Below are positions 57,721 through 64,000 of a stretch of 64,000 nt of DNA, one piece after another (within the stretch, counting starts at the first letter, position 1; every line of letters starts with the position of its first letter). The notes beneath the pieces were generated by a model. It ran no database searches. It was not told where the DNA came from and worked only from the letters and a program-made list of their open reading frames with translations. The position numbers were made by a program, and so were the translations under genes. Location: NCBI GenBank assembly GCA_964548175.1, contig CAZJQS010000015.1, forward strand, positions 920-64,919. The letters run 5' to 3'. This stretch comes from an uncultured Saprospiraceae bacterium. Lineage in GTDB: Bacteria > Bacteroidota > Bacteroidia > Chitinophagales > Saprospiraceae.

Positions 57721-58410
57721 ATGAGATATACGATACTTTTTTTTTCGTTGTTACTCTACCTGAGTGTTTTCAGCTGTAAAAAAAACGATAAGGTCGTTGC
57801 AGAGGGGGAAAGTTTTTTTGCGGATTTGTTCGTGCGATATCTTGAAGAGGAGGGACAGCTAAAAGCGACAGCCACTTTTTTTAAGGGGGACAGCTTGCCT
57901 GCAGCCCGCAGTTGGCAGGCTTCTTCCGACGTTTTGTTCGACGGCCGTCCGATGAAAGAACGGAACATACAAGGCAGCCTGGTCAGGTACATCCTTGAAC
58001 TTAACAGCCGGCCTGACAAAAATAGCTTTCAGCTCGGCCTCAGGGATGAATCGGCTCCGCCACTTGAGCTTGCCGTTTCCCTTGACCCCATCCAGGCGTT
58101 TTCTATTCAGGGTGCTGCTTCCAGGAGCGAGGGCATCCATATTGATGTTCAAAATGGTCAATTGAACGAGCACCAAAGCCTTGTTTTTTTGTTTTCTGAC
58201 GCTGAGAACAAAGCCCATTCCGTTACTGTTCCCGGTCCTCATCAGGGGAACCTCTATTTTTTATCGCCTCAGCGCATTGCCGACTGGCCGGAAGGCAAGG
58301 GGCAGCTTTATTTGGTTAAAAAATCAAATCTGAAGCAAAAGGCAGGAGAATGGGAAGTTTTGCTACAAACAGAATACTATACCGATACGCAGGAGCTGAT
58401 AATGCGGTAA
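57721..58410 (+). CDS. Hypothetical lipoprotein
   Basis: Lipobox LSVFSC. 229 aa. No recognisable family. Confidence 0.5.
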   Translation: MRYTILFFSLLLYLSVFSCKKNDKVVAEGESFFADLFVRYLEEEGQLKATATFFKGDSLPAARSWQASSDVLFDGRPMKERNIQGSLVRYILELNSRPDKNSFQLGLRDESAPPLELAVSLDPIQAFSIQGAASRSEGIHIDVQNGQLNEHQSLVFLFSDAENKAHSVTVPGPHQGNLYFLSPQRIADWPEGKGQLYLVKKSNLKQKAGEWEVLLQTEYYTDTQELIMR

Positions 58411-58459
58411 AAATATAAAAAAAGTAGGCCGGAAAACTTACAAAACAGGTCAGGAGTCT

Positions 58460-58467
58460 TATCTTTG
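58460..58467 (+). promoter_or_regulatory. Candidate Bacteroidota -7 box (TAnnTTTG) for carB, followed by a small hairpin
   Basis: tatctttg lies 30 nt upstream of the ATG. gcaattt-gta-aaattgc (58471-58487) lies between the box and the start codon. Confidence 0.35.
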
Positions 58468-58496
58468 TAGGCAATTTGTAAAATTGCTGACACATC

Positions 58497-61316
58497 ATGC
58501 CTAAAGATACTTCTATTAAATCCGTTCTCATTATTGGTAGTGGTCCGATCATTATTGGTCAAGCATGCGAGTTTGATTACTCTGGTTCGCAGGCTTCCAG
58601 ATCCCTTCGCGAAGAAGGAATTGAAGTGACCCTGATCAACTCTAATCCCGCGACCATTATGACCGACCCGGTCACTGCCGATCATGTTTATTTATTGCCG
58701 CTCACTGTGGAGAGCATCGTTCAGATCCTGGAAGAACGACAAATTGACGCGGTATTGCCTACCATGGGTGGCCAGACGGCGCTTAACCTGGCCATTGATG
58801 CCGGCAAGCAGGGCGTTTGGGAGAAATACAACGTCCGTTTGATCGGCGTGGACCTGGACGCTATCGAACTGGCGGAGAACCGCGAAGCCTTTCGCAAACT
58901 CATGATCGAAACCGGCCTGGGTGTAGCGCCTTCTTACATTGCCAACTCCTTTCTGGAGGGGAAAGAAGCCGCTCAAAAGATCGGATACCCGCTCGTGATC
59001 CGGCCTTCTTATACCCTGGGCGGCACCGGCGGAGGTTTTGTTCACAGGGAAGAGCAGTTTGACGCTGCGCTAAGAAGAGGCCTTGACATGTCACCCGTGC
59101 ATGAGGTGCTGGTGGAAAAAGCCGTGTTGGGCTGGAAGGAATTTGAGCTGGAACTTCTTCGTGACAGTCAGGATAATGTAGTGATCATTTGTACGGTGGA
59201 AAACCTGGATCCCATGGGTATCCATACCGGAGACAGCATAACAGTGGCCCCTGCTATGACCTTATCGGATACGGCTTATCAGGAGATGCGCGATCAGGCC
59301 ATTAAGGCGATGCGATCTTTAGGTAATTTTGCCGGAGGCTGCAATATCCAGTTTTCCCAGAATCCCGAAACGGAAGAACTGATCGTCATCGAGATCAACC
59401 CCCGGGTATCTCGTTCTTCGGCGCTGGCCAGTAAAGCCACTGGTTATCCTATTGCTAAAATTGCCGCCAAGCTGGCCATTGGCTATTCGCTGGATGAACT
59501 GAAAAATCAGATCACCCAGACTACTTCTGCTTATTTCGAACCCACGCTCGACTATGTGATCGTCAAAATGCCCCGCTGGAACTTTTCCAAATTCCAGGGT
59601 GCAGATACCACCCTGGGATTGCAGATGAAATCGGTGGGCGAGGTCATGGGCATCGGACGGAGCTTCCTGGAAGCGCTGCAAAAAGCCTGCCAGTCCCTGG
59701 AAAATAATCGCATGGGGCTTGGCGCCGACATGAAAGAGTGGATCAAAACGGAAGATGTGTTGAGCCGTATCGAAACCGCCAGCGACGACCGGATCTTCCG
59801 CATCAAAGACGCCATCAGACTCGGGGTGCCTCTGAAAACCGTACAGAAACTCTCTCACATCGACCCCTGGTTCTTAAAGCAGGTCAAACGACTGGTCGAT
59901 ATCGAAGATCGGCTGATGCGGTACAATATTCCGGAAGACATACCCGAAGACTTTTTCAGAGAGTTGAAAGCCCTGGGCTACGCTGACGCTCAGATCGCCT
60001 GGCTCATGCGTTTGGAAGAAGAAGAGGCGGTGACTAAGCAACGAAAAAAACTGGGCATCAGGCGCACCTACAAAATGGTGGATACCTGCGCTGCAGAATT
60101 CGAGGCCAAAACACCCTATTTCTACTCCACCTTTGACCAGGAAAATGAAAGCCATCCCACTTCCAATAAAAAGATCCTTGTACTGGGTTCCGGCCCCAAC
60201 CGCATCGGACAAGGCATTGAATTCGACTATTGCTGCGTACATGGGCTTCTCGCCATTAAAGACGTAGGCTACGAATCCATCATGATCAACTGCAATCCGG
60301 AAACCGTATCCACGGATTTTGATATTGCCGATAAGCTTTATTTCGAACCCGTTTTCTGGGAACACCTGGAAGAGATCATCGAGTTGGAACAACCGGAAGG
60401 CGTTATTGTACAGTTGGGTGGGCAAACCGCACTAAAACTGGCTGAAAGGCTGCACAAGAAAGGCATTAAAATCATCGGAACAGATTTCCCTTCTATGGAC
60501 CTGGCGGAAGACAGGGGCGCCTTTTCCGACTTATTGAAAAGACTGGAAATTCCCTACCCCCGCTATGGCGCCGCCAGAAATGCTGACGAAGCGCTGGTGA
60601 TTGCCAACAGAGTTTCTTATCCGGTGCTTGTCCGTCCTTCTTATGTATTGGGAGGGCAAAGGATGCGCATTGTGATCAACGACCAGGAATTGGAAAGTCA
60701 CGTCCTGAATATCTTTAAACATTTACCGGATAACAAAGTGCTCATCGACCAGTTCCTCGACCGCGCCAAAGAAGCCGAGATCGACGCGATCTGCGATGGA
60801 GATGAGGTCCATATTATGGGGATCATGGAGCATATAGAACCGGCGGGCATCCATTCCGGCGACAGCTCGGCAGTGCTTCCTACTTATTCCATTTCCGTAA
60901 CAGCCATTAACAAAATGGTGGAATACACCGAAAAGATCGCAAAGGAACTGAATATCCGAGGGCTGATCAATGTGCAGTTCGCCATCAAAGACGACCAGGT
61001 TTATGTGATTGAAGCAAACCCCAGAGCTTCGCGTACAACGCCTTTTATCGCTAAAGCTTACAAGGCGCCTTATTTGCAGATCGCTACGAAGATAATGCTG
61101 GGTACGCACAAACTGAAAGACTTTGACATCAAACCACAACCAAGTGGCTTTGCCATAAAAGTGCCGGTCTTTTCTTTTGACAAATTCCCTAACGTTGATA
61201 AAAACCTGGGCCCGGAGATGAAATCAACCGGTGAAGCGATTAGGTTTATCAAGGACCTTTCCGATCCGTTTTTCAGGGAGTTGGATAGCAAGCGGTATAT
61301 GTACCTGACGAGGTGA
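58497..61316 (+). CDS. carB: Carbamoyl-phosphate synthase large subunit (short form, 939 aa)
   Basis: Duplicated ATP-grasp halves with [17 protein letters not shown] and [17 protein letters not shown]. The protein ends about 30 aa after MKSTGEA. Confidence 0.95.
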   Translation: MPKDTSIKSVLIIGSGPIIIGQACEFDYSGSQASRSLREEGIEVTLINSNPATIMTDPVTADHVYLLPLTVESIVQILEERQIDAVLPTMGGQTALNLAIDAGKQGVWEKYNVRLIGVDLDAIELAENREAFRKLMIETGLGVAPSYIANSFLEGKEAAQKIGYPLVIRPSYTLGGTGGGFVHREEQFDAALRRGLDMSPVHEVLVEKAVLGWKEFELELLRDSQDNVVIICTVENLDPMGIHTGDSITVAPAMTLSDTAYQEMRDQAIKAMRSLGNFAGGCNIQFSQNPETEELIVIEINPRVSRSSALASKATGYPIAKIAAKLAIGYSLDELKNQITQTTSAYFEPTLDYVIVKMPRWNFSKFQGADTTLGLQMKSVGEVMGIGRSFLEALQKACQSLENNRMGLGADMKEWIKTEDVLSRIETASDDRIFRIKDAIRLGVPLKTVQKLSHIDPWFLKQVKRLVDIEDRLMRYNIPEDIPEDFFRELKALGYADAQIAWLMRLEEEEAVTKQRKKLGIRRTYKMVDTCAAEFEAKTPYFYSTFDQENESHPTSNKKILVLGSGPNRIGQGIEFDYCCVHGLLAIKDVGYESIMINCNPETVSTDFDIADKLYFEPVFWEHLEEIIELEQPEGVIVQLGGQTALKLAERLHKKGIKIIGTDFPSMDLAEDRGAFSDLLKRLEIPYPRYGAARNADEALVIANRVSYPVLVRPSYVLGGQRMRIVINDQELESHVLNIFKHLPDNKVLIDQFLDRAKEAEIDAICDGDEVHIMGIMEHIEPAGIHSGDSSAVLPTYSISVTAINKMVEYTEKIAKELNIRGLINVQFAIKDDQVYVIEANPRASRTTPFIAKAYKAPYLQIATKIMLGTHKLKDFDIKPQPSGFAIKVPVFSFDKFPNVDKNLGPEMKSTGEAIRFIKDLSDPFFRELDSKRYMYLTR

Positions 61317-61385
61317 TTTAAGATAGGATATATATCATCCTGTTAAGTGCTTATACAACAAAACCTGTATTTAAAGATAATTTTA

Positions 61386-61868
61386 TCACCGCTCTATGCC
61401 GGTATCTTCCAGTTTAAAGGCAATGCTTTTAATCCCAGGTATCGAGTCCTTTCGCATATACTGTTCAAGAACGATGGTGTGGGTGCCGGTTTGATTGAAA
61501 TAAGCATTTTCCTGGATAGGAATGGTAAGGGTACAATACTCTTTACTGCAATCCCCCTCCCATACGCCTGCATTATTGGCCATTTCCAGGGATAATTGTT
61601 CATCCAGCCGTTCTTGGGAAGGGAAAGTGGTATGTATAAAAGTATACAAATTTTGGTAGGCGTAGTCTGTCGTATGTTTCAACTCCAGATAGAGGTTGTA
61701 TATCTTTGTAGTATCTTCTATGTCGAAGGAAAATTCAAGAGAATCTGCGTAAGTCCAGCGTTCTCCTTCTATTTCATAGCTCTTCTGATACTCATATTTT
61801 TGTCCGCAGGAAAGGAGAGAAAAGAAAATCAGAAGAAAAAAAAACGGGCGAAGCCAGATCATATGCAT
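61386..61868 (-). CDS. gldH: Gliding motility lipoprotein GldH-like
   Basis: Lipobox LLSC. 160 aa. W..AD.L.F.F.I.D....YN+Y+.++H...Y.YQNLY...H...P and MRKDSIPGI patterns, as recalled for GldH. Confidence 0.65.
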   Translation of the reverse strand: MHMIWLRPFFFLLIFFSLLSCGQKYEYQKSYEIEGERWTYADSLEFSFDIEDTTKIYNLYLELKHTTDYAYQNLYTFIHTTFPSQERLDEQLSLEMANNAGVWEGDCSKEYCTLTIPIQENAYFNQTGTHTIVLEQYMRKDSIPGIKSIAFKLEDTGIER

Positions 61869-61884
61869 TGTTTTATTATGAAGT

Positions 61885-61935
61885 TATTTAAAGATAATTT
61901 TGCCGCCCTGAGGGCGGCAAAATTATCTTTAAATA
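61885..61935. terminator. Perfect 24-bp-stem hairpin downstream of dnaJ and upstream of gldH
   Basis: tatttaaagataattttgccgccc-tga-gggcggcaaaattatctttaaata. Confidence 0.75.
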
Positions 61936-61960
61936 TAGGTTTTTACACCTTGTCTGCCAC

Positions 61961-63115
61961 TCACTTAAAATAATCTTTCATTCTTTCGAAGAATCCCTTG
62001 TCGGATTTTCCCGGTTTGGGGGTAAAATTCGGCATGACGCGCAATTTTTCAAGCAGGTCGCGCTCTTCATTGTTGAGCTTTTTTGGTGTCCAAACGTTCA
62101 CATGGATCAGTTGATCTCCTTTATTGTAGGACTGCACGGATGGGAGTCCTTTGCCTTTGAGCCGAAATATTTTGCCAGACTGAGTTCCGGGAGGTACTTT
62201 GATCTTTACCTTTGCATCAATGGTGGGTACTTCTACTGAGGTGCCGAGGGCGGCGTCGGCAAAATTCAGGTACAGTTCATAGACCAGGTTCATGCCGTCC
62301 CGCTGAAGATACTGATGCGGTTTTTCTTCCACACTGATGAGCAAGTCCCCGGCAGGCCCGCCTCGGAGTCCGGCATTACCCTTTCCGCGGAGCGACAATT
62401 GCATGCCTTCTTCTACGCCTGCTGGTATCTCTATTTCTATGGTCTCCTCATCATACACACGGCCATCGCCTTTACATTTCGGGCAATTGGCGGTAACGAC
62501 TTCTCCGGAGCCCCCGCAGGTAGGGCAGGTGGTAGTCGTTTGCATCTGTCCCAGGAAAGTATTTTTGATCTGGCGAACATAGCCTGATCCCCGGCAGGTG
62601 CCGCAGGTATTTACCGAGCTGGCGTCCTTGGCGCCTGAGCCTGCACAGTTATCACAAACGACCTCCTTTCGGACCTTGATCTTCTTGGTCACGCCCGAAG
62701 CGATCTCCTCCAGCGTCAGGGCCACTTTAATGCGCAGATTAGCCCCTCGCTGGCCGCGAGCTCGGGAAGTCGAAGAAGCCCGGCCGCCGCCAAAAAAGGG
62801 ACCGAAGCCCGAGTCTCCAAAAATGTCTCCGAACTGCTGGAAGATGTCATCCATGGTCATCCCTTCTCCGCGGAACCCTCCGCCTCCGGAGCTGACCCCG
62901 GCATGTCCAAAACGATCGTATCGCGCTCGTTTATCGGGATCGCTCAATATTTCGTAAGCTTCTGCTGCTTCCTTGAATTTTTCTTCCGCTTGCTTATCGT
63001 CAGGATTCTTGTCCGGATGATACTTGATGGCCAGTTTGCGATATGCTTTTTTTATGTCTCCGGCATCTGCATCCCTGCTAACGCCAAGAACCTCGTAGTA
63101 ATCCTTTTTTGCCAT
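61961..63115 (-). CDS. dnaJ: Molecular chaperone DnaJ
   Basis: J domain ([13 protein letters not shown]...YHPDKNP), G/F region, four CxxCxGxG zinc motifs. Confidence 0.95.
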   Translation of the reverse strand: MAKKDYYEVLGVSRDADAGDIKKAYRKLAIKYHPDKNPDDKQAEEKFKEAAEAYEILSDPDKRARYDRFGHAGVSSGGGGFRGEGMTMDDIFQQFGDIFGDSGFGPFFGGGRASSTSRARGQRGANLRIKVALTLEEIASGVTKKIKVRKEVVCDNCAGSGAKDASSVNTCGTCRGSGYVRQIKNTFLGQMQTTTTCPTCGGSGEVVTANCPKCKGDGRVYDEETIEIEIPAGVEEGMQLSLRGKGNAGLRGGPAGDLLISVEEKPHQYLQRDGMNLVYELYLNFADAALGTSVEVPTIDAKVKIKVPPGTQSGKIFRLKGKGLPSVQSYNKGDQLIHVNVWTPKKLNNEERDLLEKLRVMPNFTPKPGKSDKGFFERMKDYFK

Positions 63116-63124
63116 TATTTTACG

Positions 63125-63712
63125 CTATTTTCCCACCACAACTTTGGCGTGACGAATGATTTTGTCATTAAGCTTATATCCTTTTTCTATGGTATCCACC
63201 ACTTTCCCTTTCATTTCTTCGGAAGGAGCTGGGATCTCCGTAATGGCTTCATGAAGTTCAGGATCAAAATCCTGGCCGGTACTGTCCATAGGCTGCAGAC
63301 CTTTCTGCTTAAGGATGTTATATAATTTCTGATAGACCAGGCTGACGCCTTCGCTGAAGGTCTCCTTGCTGTTCTCACCCTCAGCATTTTTCTTAGCCCT
63401 GTCAAAATCGTCTAAAACAGGCAAAAGGGCTGACACAGTGTCTTGTGCCGCCGTCTTCATCATTTCTACTTTTTCCCGGAGCGTCCGCTTTTTGTAGTTG
63501 TCAAACTCAGCGGCTAACCTTAAAAATTTATCTTTCAATTCCTGATTTGCTTTTTGAAGTTTCACTATCTCCTCCTCTTCAGGAGCATTCTGGGTGTTTT
63601 GTTCCTGCCGCCCTTCATCTTGTGATTGATCCATTTCCTGATCCAATTCTTCAACAGTGTCGTTGACTTTTTCCTGCTCGATATTTTGATTATTATTTTC
63701 TTCCATAGTCAT
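63125..63712 (-). CDS. grpE: Nucleotide exchange factor GrpE
   Basis: Acidic N-terminus, coiled coil (LKDKFLRLAAEFDNYKKR), C-terminal beta domain (HEAITEIP...GYKLNDKIIRHAKVVV). Lies directly upstream of dnaJ. Confidence 0.9.
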   Translation of the reverse strand: MTMEENNNQNIEQEKVNDTVEELDQEMDQSQDEGRQEQNTQNAPEEEEIVKLQKANQELKDKFLRLAAEFDNYKKRTLREKVEMMKTAAQDTVSALLPVLDDFDRAKKNAEGENSKETFSEGVSLVYQKLYNILKQKGLQPMDSTGQDFDPELHEAITEIPAPSEEMKGKVVDTIEKGYKLNDKIIRHAKVVVGK

Positions 63713-63867
63713 TAGTTTAGTACTCAGATTTTCGAAATTGCATGGGGCCTGAAAAAGTGGTTACCCGCCTGCTGCAGCCGGTATAATCTTATCCTTTAAG
63801 CTTTCAGCAATAACTTTGCCATTGCGAAATAAAGGACATTTTGTCAGTTGCTATAATAATCCCGGGA

Positions 63868-64000
63868 TTATTTTGTATTCAAATAAGTTCTTACCGCTGT
63901 AAGACTTGGATTGATACCTGCGATCTTTCCGTTTTCATCTAATAAATACCGGAAAGGCACCTGCTCTATCTGAAAAATTCCTGCAATAGGCGTTTTGGCT
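63868..64000 (-). CDS. Partial CDS (C-terminal 43 codons, enters from the window end): thioredoxin-fold/TlpA-like protein
   Basis: Hand translation of the minus strand: AKTPIAGIFQIEQVPFRYLLDENGKIAGINPSLTAVRTYLNTK, stop at 63870-63868. The VP..YLLDENGKI motif is typical of TlpA/ResA-type thiol-disulfide oxidoreductases. Not in the ORF track (too short). Confidence 0.4.
   Translation of the reverse strand, partial: AKTPIAGIFQIEQVPFRYLLDENGKIAGINPSLTAVRTYLNTK

Noticed and set aside
63717-63725. CIRCE-like heat-shock operator upstream of grpE (ttagtactc, 8 of 9 matches to one CIRCE half-site)
   Set aside because: The partner half-site at the required 9-nt spacing is absent. Only a short tttcgaaa palindrome lies nearby. 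The evidence is insufficient.

Overview
This is a chromosomal window from a Bacteroidota genome that uses type IX secretion (T9SS) and gliding motility. The class or genus cannot be assigned without a database search. I found no rRNA, tRNA, CRISPR array, transposase, integrase or recognisable defence gene.

Most of the window is housekeeping: purD, ruvA, ruvC, pyrD, nadC, tatA, gatA, hisS, pheS, greA, carB, dnaJ and grpE. Interleaved with these is an unusually dense set of envelope and T9SS genes:
- the ~2,459-aa translocon gene sprA, next to ruvA
- lipoprotein genes that look like gldB and gldH
- a 1,676-aa C25-peptidase (PorU-like) protein
- three consecutive SurA/parvulin chaperone genes
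- a minus-strand surface-glycan operon at the left edge (Wzx-like flippase, two O-antigen-ligase-like proteins, a FemAB-like acyltransferase, a GT-C enzyme), with a divergently transcribed GT4 glycosyltransferase gene beside it

The best candidate for an undescribed system is the tightly coupled minus-strand operon at 48611-57375. It encodes an oversized TonB-dependent-receptor-like barrel, a 1,336-aa secreted protein of no family I can name that carries a T9SS-type C-terminal domain, and a PorV/PorQ-family barrel.

The non-coding DNA is also structured:
- a family of MITE-like palindromic elements with GTTGTGTAAAAAGT termini (4-5 copies)
- a second hairpin family built on TGTTAGTTGATG
- a C-rich 50/70-bp tandem array inside the glycan operon
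- a 54-bp palindrome in front of the PorU-like gene
- exact 17-mers flanking gldH

All functional calls rest on motifs read from the translations. None were verified by search.
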